A stretch of DNA of 64,000 nucleotides, from positions 62,001 through 126,000 of the IMG/VR virus record IMGVR_UViG_3300045996_002337. One strand, 5' to 3'. A model generated the notes under the pieces. It saw only the letters and a list, made by a program, of their open reading frames with translations. It made no database searches and was not told where the DNA came from. The position numbers and the translations under genes are program-made. Position 1 is the first letter of the stretch. The number at the start of each line of letters is the position of its first letter. Shown piece by piece: positions 21,469-29,800 of the stretch.

Positions 21469-21906
21469 TTATTTGAGACCGGCTAGAGCGCGGAAGCGGG
21501 CTGTGGAAACACCACCCTCTTGTACTGGCTTCTTCGCCTCTACGATTGAAACTGGAGTGGTCGACTTGGCGTCATTCGCCATCTTCATGCGATCTACGCC
21601 GATGCGCTTTACAACTTGAAACGTCTCAGTACGACCAGAATCTGGGCAAACAATGCCCACTGAAAATACTACGTCAAATGCAACGATCGCGGAATCGTTG
21701 GCATATGAAACAGGGTTGATGCTGTTTGCGAAAACGGAGATGTGGCTGGGGTCCAGCGCTGCAACCGTTGGTGCTCCAATAACAATAGAGGCATCTACGA
21801 CATCTCCATCTGGCACAGTGATTGGCACTTCAGCCGCTGGCAGCGATGCATAGTTAGCGCCTGCATTGGCGTAGCTGTCATCCATTTCTTTGATTTCTGG
21901 GTTCAT
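21469..21906 (-). CDS. Hypothetical late protein
   Basis: GGAG SD; late promoter at 21931; ends 'FRALAGLK'. Confidence 0.5.
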   Translation of the reverse strand: MNPEIKEMDDSYANAGANYASLPAAEVPITVPDGDVVDASIVIGAPTVAALDPSHISVFANSINPVSYANDSAIVAFDVVFSVGIVCPDSGRTETFQVVKRIGVDRMKMANDAKSTTPVSIVEAKKPVQEGGVSTARFRALAGLK

Positions 21907-21930
21907 TATGACTCCTAAATTCAGACAGTC

Positions 21931-21937
21931 TATTTAT
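21931..21937 (-). promoter_or_regulatory. T4-type late promoter core
   Basis: ATAAATA on the minus strand, 24 nt before ATG 21906. Confidence 0.65.
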
Positions 21938-22602
21938 GCCGTTGCCAGGGTCTTGGCCCAGAAGGCATCTACCCGTTTCCCAAGTTCTTCATAATGGTCA
22001 ACAAGTGTAACCACAAATTCCATTGGAAAACCTGTGTCTGCCACCATTAAGATGACGCCAGTTTGGATGTCAGTGCCAAACATTTCATTGTGCGCGATGG
22101 CGTAAAATGTCAACTGCAGCTCGTAATCTGAGATGTCCTTGCGGTTCTTGATTCGCGAGGCTGTCTTGAAGTCAACAATGCAGGGGATTCCCTTGTATTG
22201 TCCAACGAGGTCGCAACGACCCGCAACTTCAAGTGTCTCAGAATAGAGAGCAACCTCTTGCCCCCACACTTGGTCTACCTTGTTTAACTTTAGCTTAAGC
22301 GCGTTGAACGAATTCAAATCTGCCTGAGGAACAGGTTTGCCACCGATAGGAGCATCAACCTGTTCTTTCTTAAGATAACGTTCAGCTAGCAAGTGAACGT
22401 TGGTTCCTCGATCAGTCGCCTTCTTAGACACCTCTGCAGCTTTAGCGTGCCCTAGGGCGTTGCGCCAATTTTCAAGAGAGGCTGCTTTTTCCGGAGGTTC
22501 AGTGCCACCTAACACGGTGGTGATTGACGGATAAAATCCTTTTGGGCAATCATACCATCGCCCGTTGTGGGTTACGGTGGTTAGCTCTGGGTATTCAAAC
22601 AT
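21934..22602 (-). CDS. PD-(D/E)xK exonuclease (Cas4/RecB-like phage nuclease)
   Basis: 'YPSITTVL', 'RGTNVH', 'AGRCD', 'IVDFKT', 'YELQL..YA'. Confidence 0.8.
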   Translation of the reverse strand: MFEYPELTTVTHNGRWYDCPKGFYPSITTVLGGTEPPEKAASLENWRNALGHAKAAEVSKKATDRGTNVHLLAERYLKKEQVDAPIGGKPVPQADLNSFNALKLKLNKVDQVWGQEVALYSETLEVAGRCDLVGQYKGIPCIVDFKTASRIKNRKDISDYELQLTFYAIAHNEMFGTDIQTGVILMVADTGFPMEFVVTLVDHYEELGKRVDAFWAKTLATA

Positions 22603-22612
22603 GGTGCTTTCG

Positions 22613-23224
22613 TTAGGCGCTGAGCGTCTTTATAATTTCTTCAGACCAGTCTGTGTACAGTGGAACCGCAAAGTATTCCGCGCATTGAATCATAATTTCA
22701 TTTCCAGAATCAATGGCGTCTATGAAATTCTTGTCGGTGTATTTGAGCTTAGATAGGTATTTGTCAGCGGCTTCGGCTTCGGCGGCTTCAACGTTCGCGC
22801 CTTTACTGGCCGCGCCGCGCATGGCCTGAATAATTGCCTGGTCAAGCCCGGTTTGAAAGAACAGATCAGATACATCAGGCGACCAGAGAAATTCAAACGA
22901 GCCGATTGGGAAAATTGCGTGAACTCGCCCATAGGTCTGCGCGTCAACAAGTTCGCCGGTTGCAAATAGCGCAGCACTTCGCCCGTTAATGCCAAATTGT
23001 TGCTGAAACCAAGCGTCAACCAGTTCGTGCACTTTCTGGCTCGAGCTTTTTGGGCGACGGTCAATTCTAACTTCTTTGCGCAAAAACTCCGACTGAGGAT
23101 TCTTCAGACCACGATAAATGAGTCCACCTTGGGCCGCCCTCAGGAACGGTGCGCACTCTTCATTAATCATTTCAATGATCTTGGCCGCGTCTGTTTCGCT
23201 CTCAAACAATTCTCGAATTTTCAT
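22613..23224 (-). CDS. Putative internal head protein, possible ADP-ribosyltransferase fold
   Basis: Leader MKIRELFE; 'LIYRG', 'ALFAT', 'GNEIMI' resemble R-S/T-E ART motifs. Confidence 0.45.
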   Translation of the reverse strand: MKIRELFESETDAAKIIEMINEECAPFLRAAQGGLIYRGLKNPQSEFLRKEVRIDRRPKSSSQKVHELVDAWFQQQFGINGRSAALFATGELVDAQTYGRVHAIFPIGSFEFLWSPDVSDLFFQTGLDQAIIQAMRGAASKGANVEAAEAEAADKYLSKLKYTDKNFIDAIDSGNEIMIQCAEYFAVPLYTDWSEEIIKTLSA

Positions 23225-23895
23225 CTTTTTGCTTTGTTCATTCGCGTTAGACGCTTGCTTAATGATTTCTTGCGTGTGCGCTTCGACTTCAAAACGCGGA
23301 TGATCTTCTTCCGACGTCCTGCAATAGAGAGCTTCATGCGTGTCGATGCTTTAGCGCGCGGCTTGTAGGCCGTCTTGATGTTAGCAACGACACGACCTTT
23401 ACGGTATCCCGACGTTACTCGGAATCCCTTCTTGATCTTTTTACCAGAACGACGAAATGCAGCCTTCACTGCCTCATCAACTAGTTCAATTGTAACATCA
23501 TCGGTTGGCGGTTCATCCTCGGCTTCAGGTTCGCCCTCCTCAATGCCGAGCTCCTTCAGTGTATCCATGTCAAGAACTACACCTGAAGGATACACATCAT
23601 CGTTGACACGCGTTAGGACAATTGAATCTTCCGTAGGTTCAACCAGAACGACCTTGCCGTTCTGGTCCTTAATCTCCCCAGGTTCGCCGTCCTCAGCGAT
23701 GTCGAAGAACTTCTGAAGCTGAACGTTGTCAATCTTCAATTGGAAGCCATCGCAAGAGAGGATCAAACCATGATTGGCGAGGTGACCAACGGACCACCCA
23801 GCAGGAACCGTAGGTCCAACTTCAGGAGAGGCTTGCGCCTCTCCGTCTGTTGAAGGCTCTTCAATCTCTTTTGAGACTTCCTTTAGAAGATTCAC
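23221..23895 (-). CDS. Prohead core protein-like (acidic N-part, very basic C-tail)
   Basis: Likely GTG start 23895 overlapping the upstream stop (MNLLKEV); basic tail 'RRSGKKIKKGFRVTSGYRKGRVVA...' like T4-group prohead core proteins. Confidence 0.5.
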   Translation of the reverse strand: MNLLKEVSKEIEEPSTDGEAQASPEVGPTVPAGWSVGHLANHGLILSCDGFQLKIDNVQLQKFFDIAEDGEPGEIKDQNGKVVLVEPTEDSIVLTRVNDDVYPSGVVLDMDTLKELGIEEGEPEAEDEPPTDDVTIELVDEAVKAAFRRSGKKIKKGFRVTSGYRKGRVVANIKTAYKPRAKASTRMKLSIAGRRKKIIRVLKSKRTRKKSLSKRLTRMNKAKR

Positions 23896-26819
23896 AGCGA
23901 AGCTTTCACCAGTGCGTTGTACTCGGACTTGGTAACGCGATGCTTCTTGAACCATGCCTTGTTTTCTTCCCAGTCGCCACCAGAATCATAGCCATCCTTT
24001 TCAAGCTTAGCGAGATAGGTGTCCATGCCAGCGGCCGAACCGCCGAGGAACAACGCGCGAACTGCGCGAGCTGAACCATTAGTTGACTGTTGAATCTTGG
24101 ACAGCACTGCTTCAACATCTACCTTAGCTTCATTCAGATCTTCGTTAGCTTGTTCAGGCTGGCCACCACGTGGAGCAGTGTTCTTAGAAAGAACGTCTTG
24201 CAGTCGACCGATGAGGGTCAGTACCTGCGCGCGGTTACGAAGCTCAGCCTTGCGTGTGCGCAGCGACTGCACGATCTGTGTACGGCGACGTTGGAGTACA
24301 TCGTCTGGAATGCCCAGAGCGGAGACGAGACCAACAACTGCTTGCGCGAAGTCGTCGTTACCAACGTCAAGGGCTTCTTTGAGTGGGGGTGCTTTGTTAA
24401 GCTTCACGACCTTATGATCGTCCAGGCCTTCACCGTCGATTTCGTCTTGGGCATCTTGCTTGGTATCAAATGGACCATCGTAGTAGTCGCCATCGTATGT
24501 CACGATGTAATAACCTGGGCCCTCACGATTTTCTTTGAGGCCAGAGAGCTTCTTGCCTTCCGAAACCGGCTTCATCGCGTCAGACGACTTAACACCTAGA
24601 CGGGTTGCCAGCAGACGCAGCGCACGTTCAAGATTTGAATCCTGCTCGATGAGCTCAGCGGTGCGATACACGCCAGTACCAACTGCAGATGGACCACCAG
24701 TGGTGATCAGTGATTCTGGAAGACCCAGTTCTACGAGAACGGTTTCAAACAGCTTCTGAATGAACGAACCACGCTTCTGGCGAGGAGCTTCAGTGAGCTT
24801 GGCTTCACTAACTTTGGCCGTCTTGATCCAACCAGTCGACCCATCCCATTCGCCGACGCCCTTTGTGGAGCCACGCTTGAACGGCTTGTCACCGACCAAA
24901 GCATTGGCGATGTCCTCGTCGCCATCAAGCCAGTGGCCAGGGTGGGCCTTCTTTAGAGCGCGCTTCCAGGCTGCGAACGACGTGTATTCCTGGTTGCCAT
25001 CTGCATCTTTAGCTTCATTTGTTTGCTCAGCTGGTGGTGCGTAGCCCTTGGCATTTGCAAGGCCCTCATACAGCGACATGAATGCGCGACGGACAGAGAC
25101 CTTCTTGCGGAGCATATCAGCAGCACTGGAGATTGTTGACTCAACGTCTTCAGTGTTTAGGTAACGACCTGGAACGCCCGCCATTACGTGGAAAGCGATC
25201 AAGCGCTTTGCGAATGGGAGCTTGAGCTTAGCGGTCAGGGCGCGTGCTTGGCTGTCAAGCGGAATGTTGAAGCCGTCCTTGACGCCATCACGATCTTCGC
25301 CAGGAGCCTCTTGCAGAACGCGGGCGAGGAATTTGGAACCAATTGTTGTCATGTTATTCTCCTGTTCAATATCCTCTTTTTTGAGGCGGGTTAGTTTTTT
25401 GCCGTGCTTTTCCTTGGTGAGCTTCTTATCACCACGCATTACGTACTCTTCGCCTTCATTGTCCTCAATGTAGACTACATTGTTTGGACCCTCTACCATC
25501 GCGGCGATGTGAAGACCCTTACCTGTCATTGCCTTGATGGCAGCAGCTTGAGAAGGAGAGTCTGCTTCTTGCTCCTTGGCCTCATTTGTGCGAGACGTTG
25601 GGACGATGTCGAATGTCAAGTCCTTGTACTTTGCCTGATCACCCATCTCTTCGATCCACTGTTCGCAATTATCGTATGAACCTTCATAGTAGATGCGACC
25701 CTTTGTCTCATCTGCTTTGACGCGATAGGTGCCCTTGGCCTCGTTCATGCGTTTTTTGGCGCGATCAGTTAGCAGATCAGGATTTTGATTGATCAAATCC
25801 GCCATGTCATCCTCATCCAGCGACGCAAAGCCAAACTCGCCATATTCATCTTCAGCCATCTTATTTGCTCGCTTAATGTCGATGTAATCTTCCATGTCAT
25901 CTTCATCAAGCCCCGAGAATCCGAATTCGCCGTGATGCTCTTTTGCGATGTAGTTCAGCTGCGCCCACGGCGTTTTGCCCTTAGCATTGAGCGCCTCCTT
26001 CACGGGCTCATCCTCATCTTCAACTGGCTCTGCTGGTGCCGCCTTCTTTTTCTTTTTCTTCTTAGGCTTGCCGTCTTCGTCAGTCTCGTCCTCTTCACTT
26101 GACCCTTCGTCAGAGGCTTCCTCATCTCCAGCTTCATCTTCTGCGGCTGCAGCGGCAATTTCGTCCTCTACTTCAGCTTGAGGATCGGCTTTCTTTTTAG
26201 GAGCCTCTTCCTCCTCGGAGTCATCACTAGCAACAACGTCAAAGTTGTCATCAGCAAAATCATCGCCGATTTCAAGATCTTCGGTGTCATCGAGTTCAAG
26301 GTCAGCGTCAGGATCGGCATCGCCCTCCTCGTCTTCAGAACGAGGCCATACGACGTCAACGATGTCAAACTCAGTCGTAAGGCGGTTGATGGCTTCCTCG
26401 ATGTCATCCTCGAGGCCGAGCATGTTCTTCATGGCCTCTTCAAACTTGTCGGCTTGCTCGGCGTTGACATAGACCTTAACGATCTGGCCGTCATCGGTTT
26501 CAAGCCCGAACGGGACGGTGTCGATCTCGTCATTGAGTTCCTCAGCGCGCTCGATATAGTTTGCTACATCGGAACCACTCACTACACCGTTCGAGTTAAT
26601 GGTGTTGCGCATCAAGCTGAAGGCAATGTCAGTGCTCGCGCCTGCCTTATCGGCGACGTCGTTGGTTCCAGCGTCAGTGGCATCCGATTTCTTGAGAAGC
26701 TGCTGCGTGTTGCTCAGCTCCTTAAGAAGGCTTGACTGAGACTGAGATTCCTGTTGAACGGGTGCGACAGTAGGGGTCTCAGCGATTGATTGTGTGTTGA
26801 TGGTCTTTAGAAGACTCAT
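23892..26819 (-). CDS. Large acidic probable head-internal polyprotein
   Basis: 975 aa; repeated hydrophobic-x-E-A/G junctions, acidic tract, internal repeats, internal SD+ATG at 25352. Confidence 0.55.
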   Translation of the reverse strand: MSLLKTINTQSIAETPTVAPVQQESQSQSSLLKELSNTQQLLKKSDATDAGTNDVADKAGASTDIAFSLMRNTINSNGVVSGSDVANYIERAEELNDEIDTVPFGLETDDGQIVKVYVNAEQADKFEEAMKNMLGLEDDIEEAINRLTTEFDIVDVVWPRSEDEEGDADPDADLELDDTEDLEIGDDFADDNFDVVASDDSEEEEAPKKKADPQAEVEDEIAAAAAEDEAGDEEASDEGSSEEDETDEDGKPKKKKKKKAAPAEPVEDEDEPVKEALNAKGKTPWAQLNYIAKEHHGEFGFSGLDEDDMEDYIDIKRANKMAEDEYGEFGFASLDEDDMADLINQNPDLLTDRAKKRMNEAKGTYRVKADETKGRIYYEGSYDNCEQWIEEMGDQAKYKDLTFDIVPTSRTNEAKEQEADSPSQAAAIKAMTGKGLHIAAMVEGPNNVVYIEDNEGEEYVMRGDKKLTKEKHGKKLTRLKKEDIEQENNMTTIGSKFLARVLQEAPGEDRDGVKDGFNIPLDSQARALTAKLKLPFAKRLIAFHVMAGVPGRYLNTEDVESTISSAADMLRKKVSVRRAFMSLYEGLANAKGYAPPAEQTNEAKDADGNQEYTSFAAWKRALKKAHPGHWLDGDEDIANALVGDKPFKRGSTKGVGEWDGSTGWIKTAKVSEAKLTEAPRQKRGSFIQKLFETVLVELGLPESLITTGGPSAVGTGVYRTAELIEQDSNLERALRLLATRLGVKSSDAMKPVSEGKKLSGLKENREGPGYYIVTYDGDYYDGPFDTKQDAQDEIDGEGLDDHKVVKLNKAPPLKEALDVGNDDFAQAVVGLVSALGIPDDVLQRRRTQIVQSLRTRKAELRNRAQVLTLIGRLQDVLSKNTAPRGGQPEQANEDLNEAKVDVEAVLSKIQQSTNGSARAVRALFLGGSAAGMDTYLAKLEKDGYDSGGDWEENKAWFKKHRVTKSEYNALVKASL

Positions 26820-26828
26820 GTTAGTCCT

Positions 26829-29129
26829 TTATACGGTGCTGTCGGTTGGCTTTGGAAACTTAGCCTTCTTGACATCAGGGTTGCGTTTGCGTTTCACAAC
26901 CTTGCGCGCCTTGTTAGGCATGGCGGGTGTGTTTGAGGCGGTGTCAGCGCTTTTTGTCGCAACCTCTAGTGAAGATCCTTGATTTTGCGGCGTCGAATCA
27001 CCATCGTCTTCAACCAGCGAGTTTACTTCAGCGAGCAGTTTCATTTCCTGAACCATTTGATCATTTTCTCCGTTCGCATTCAACAGAAGCTCTTCTTGAA
27101 TCGCCTTCAATCGAATGAACAACGGTGAAGTTGGGATGAATTGCTGCACGTAGTAGTACAGCTTTGCAATCGTTTTAACCTGCTTATCATGCGAAAGGGC
27201 CTCAAAATCGAACACCCCGTCAAGCAGGGTATTTATACGGTCGACATTGAGTCCCTCGAACTGCTGCAGAAGCTTAAGCGTTTTCTTGTGGTCTGACCAA
27301 TCAATTGGGACATCCTTGCCAAAGCTCAGGTCCATGTGTAAGTATCGGGCGGCGGCAGCAGGCGCACGTCGCGCCACCTTGTAGATCTGCTGAGAGTTTT
27401 TGTTACCAATGAGCTTCTTAACAGCCGGCTGAGATGCTCTCCAGACTGGATAACCCCAAAAATTGAGGGGAGACATTTCCTTGCTCCAACTTGTGAGCTT
27501 GTAATTTGTCTTGTCCTTTAGCATGCGAAGGCCCTTGGCGTCCTTCGTTGCATAGATGATTACCGACATCATTACGGTGGCAAGGTAGATGTTAAGGATA
27601 GTCCAGGCATCCTTGCCAGAGTACCGCGCTTTGTCCGTGTCGTACTTTGATTCGAACAGAAGACCTTCAGCAACCGGCTCAGAATCACCGACGGTGTGAA
27701 CAGCTTTGGCATGGTGCCCGTACAAAACCGCAATCACTTGTGCAACGGTTTTTGTCTTTTTGATCTTGTCAAACAGCTCAAGAATGTTACGGCGAGATTC
27801 AGCAAATGCTAGAAGGGTACGCTTCTCAATTTCGGGGGTGATACCAATCACCCTACCATTCTTTAACTTCAGGCGAAATTCATCCTTGTGTTCCTTGAAG
27901 TCCTCTAGGAGGGTCTTCAGGTCCATGGCTGCGCGCTGAACGAGTGCGAGGATCTTACGTTTGGCGCCAAGAAAATCATCAATTTCAAGCTGCGCTGAAA
28001 AGGCCTTGACCGTATCAACGGGAGTTGCTCCCTTAACGGCTGCAAACGCCCGCTTCGCAGTACCTCCGCGAGATAGCTCCGCGTTGCCCAGAAGATCTGC
28101 GATGCTGATCTTCATGTTGCCCAAGATTCCGCCCCGCGCTTCAAGTGGTGCATTTGGGTCCAGTGTTTTAACAACACCAGAGATTTGATTTCGAATTGCG
28201 TGATTGAAGGAATTGATCGTCGTGAAGTTGTCCTTGTCAACTAGCTTGATCAGCTCACCATTTGTTGGATCGCGTAGAACGACACCTTCAATTCCCACAT
28301 CTTCGTCTGAAGTCAAGTCACTATCTGACAGCGCAGGTTTAATCTTGCTGACGTAATTGTCGAGGAGTTCTTTTTTGACGGGCAGCTTGAAATCCGTCAT
28401 GATCTTAGCGGTAATCTCTGCCTTCTTGTCCTTGGCCTGCGGCCGCACGTCGACTTTAATAGAGCCGAGCGACGTGAAAAGCAGATCACCATTCGTCAGC
28501 TCAACACCTTCAACACCTGCTGGCTCATTCAAAAACTTTTCAAGTGCATCGAGGTGAGAGGTGAGGTTGATGTCCTTCAGCTTAGAAGGATCAACGCGTT
28601 GGGCACCAGTGAACTGGAATGTAACTTCCGTTGGGTGAATGTCGAGATTCTCACCATCGGTTGTAACAACAATGTTAGCCTGAACCTTAACAGAGGTTCC
28701 ACCCAGGGCTGTAGAAAGCTGGTCAGCGATTACGTCAGGTGTTCCATTAACACCACGCAGAAAGGCGATGTAGGACTTCCCCTCTGCTCCGTATGTGACG
28801 GCATTAGGCTGGCGCCCGTAGAGCACCTCAGCCTCAACCATTTGCCCTGGTTGCATGATTCGATTGATGTCTTCAATTCGTGCTTCCATGGCAGCGTGAG
28901 CCGAGCGAAAGCCGTTGTACGCACCAAAGTTTGGGTACTCGGCTTCAGCATAGAAGCGTTTGGCCTGAGCCCGCTTTCCTTCACGAGAGGTGAAGAACTT
29001 GCCATCTTCATCTCGTCCTAGCCAGAGATTTGCGCCATCAAGTTTTTCACTGGCGTGAAAGGAGGCAATGTTTCGAACTGCCTTGATGAAAGCTGGTAAA
29101 GCGAGGTCTTCTAGGTGCTGAATCGACAT
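26829..29129 (-). CDS. Ligase-like nucleotidyltransferase (DUF6267-like N-domain) fused to an unknown C-domain
   Basis: 'HLED', motif I 'SEKLDG', 'EAEVL', 'IEGVVL', 'IKLVDK'. Confidence 0.6.
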   Translation of the reverse strand: MSIQHLEDLALPAFIKAVRNIASFHASEKLDGANLWLGRDEDGKFFTSREGKRAQAKRFYAEAEYPNFGAYNGFRSAHAAMEARIEDINRIMQPGQMVEAEVLYGRQPNAVTYGAEGKSYIAFLRGVNGTPDVIADQLSTALGGTSVKVQANIVVTTDGENLDIHPTEVTFQFTGAQRVDPSKLKDINLTSHLDALEKFLNEPAGVEGVELTNGDLLFTSLGSIKVDVRPQAKDKKAEITAKIMTDFKLPVKKELLDNYVSKIKPALSDSDLTSDEDVGIEGVVLRDPTNGELIKLVDKDNFTTINSFNHAIRNQISGVVKTLDPNAPLEARGGILGNMKISIADLLGNAELSRGGTAKRAFAAVKGATPVDTVKAFSAQLEIDDFLGAKRKILALVQRAAMDLKTLLEDFKEHKDEFRLKLKNGRVIGITPEIEKRTLLAFAESRRNILELFDKIKKTKTVAQVIAVLYGHHAKAVHTVGDSEPVAEGLLFESKYDTDKARYSGKDAWTILNIYLATVMMSVIIYATKDAKGLRMLKDKTNYKLTSWSKEMSPLNFWGYPVWRASQPAVKKLIGNKNSQQIYKVARRAPAAAARYLHMDLSFGKDVPIDWSDHKKTLKLLQQFEGLNVDRINTLLDGVFDFEALSHDKQVKTIAKLYYYVQQFIPTSPLFIRLKAIQEELLLNANGENDQMVQEMKLLAEVNSLVEDDGDSTPQNQGSSLEVATKSADTASNTPAMPNKARKVVKRKRNPDVKKAKFPKPTDSTV

Positions 29130-29151
29130 ATTTTCAGATAGAGTTACGGCC

Positions 29152-29158
29152 TATTTAT
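29152..29158 (-). promoter_or_regulatory. T4-type late promoter core
   Basis: ATAAATA on the minus strand upstream of 29129. Confidence 0.7.
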
Positions 29159-29164
29159 GGCAAA

Positions 29165-29190
29165 AGGGTAAGAGTGTTACCTCTTACCCT
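29165..29190 (-). terminator. Intrinsic terminator
   Basis: 10-bp stem AGGGTAAGAG/CTCTTACCCT with T-run on the minus strand, just after the stop at 29195. Confidence 0.65.
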
Positions 29191-29194
29191 CATG

Positions 29195-29503
29195 TCAGAA
29201 AGGAATACCTTCTGGATCCTGTGGATCGATCCCGTTGGCCCGGCAAAGGGCCTTAAGTCTTTCAACCTGAGTTTCTAGCGAATAGATTGTTTGATGTAAC
29301 TCATGTCGATAATTCTTTACTCCATTGTCAGGATAAAAGATAGACCGCCAAGTTTCAATTCGTTCTCGAAAGAACTCCTGTGTCGCAGGATCACGAATTT
29401 CATCAACGGCGTGGTCGAAGTCATGAACGCAACGACGGCCCGCCTTGATAGAGAGCTGAAGCATCTCAGCAAGCTCTTCCTTCGGATCATGCGCTGGAAT
29501 CAC
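29195..29503 (-). CDS. Hypothetical protein
   Basis: ATGA-coupled ORF. Confidence 0.5.
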   Translation of the reverse strand: MIPAHDPKEELAEMLQLSIKAGRRCVHDFDHAVDEIRDPATQEFFRERIETWRSIFYPDNGVKNYRHELHQTIYSLETQVERLKALCRANGIDPQDPEGIPF

Positions 29504-29760
29504 TCAGCCGCCCCATTCGCGCTCTTTGCGGCGCTCTGCGCTGCGGCAGCCTGCTTCTCTGCCAGTTCCTTCTTCACGGCCTCGGTGATCTGAGCACCGA
29601 CCTGCTGAATTGCGGCCTGCGTCTTCATGACCTCAAGCTGCTGATCTTGCAACTGACCATTGAACTTGTTGTAAATCGCCACAGCTTGTTGAACACCTTG
29701 GCTGAATTGTGAGACATCGTAGCTGATGCCATCGAGATTGATTGTGCGTGGTTGTTCCAT
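29500..29760 (-). CDS. Small coiled-coil hypothetical protein
   Basis: GGAG SD; late promoter at 29795-29801. Confidence 0.55.
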   Translation of the reverse strand: MEQPRTINLDGISYDVSQFSQGVQQAVAIYNKFNGQLQDQQLEVMKTQAAIQQVGAQITEAVKKELAEKQAAAAQSAAKSANGAAE

Positions 29761-29800
29761 GAGAAACTCCTATTGGTATGGTTATGGTGCGGGATATTTA

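Noticed and set aside
21934-22602. Cas4-like nuclease as a sign of a CRISPR system
   Set aside because: No repeat-spacer array or other cas genes seen; no Fe-S Cys cluster; common stand-alone phage exonuclease
27230-27237. TATAAATA inside the 766-aa gene
   Set aside because: About 410 nt from the next start, unlike the other sites; may be chance
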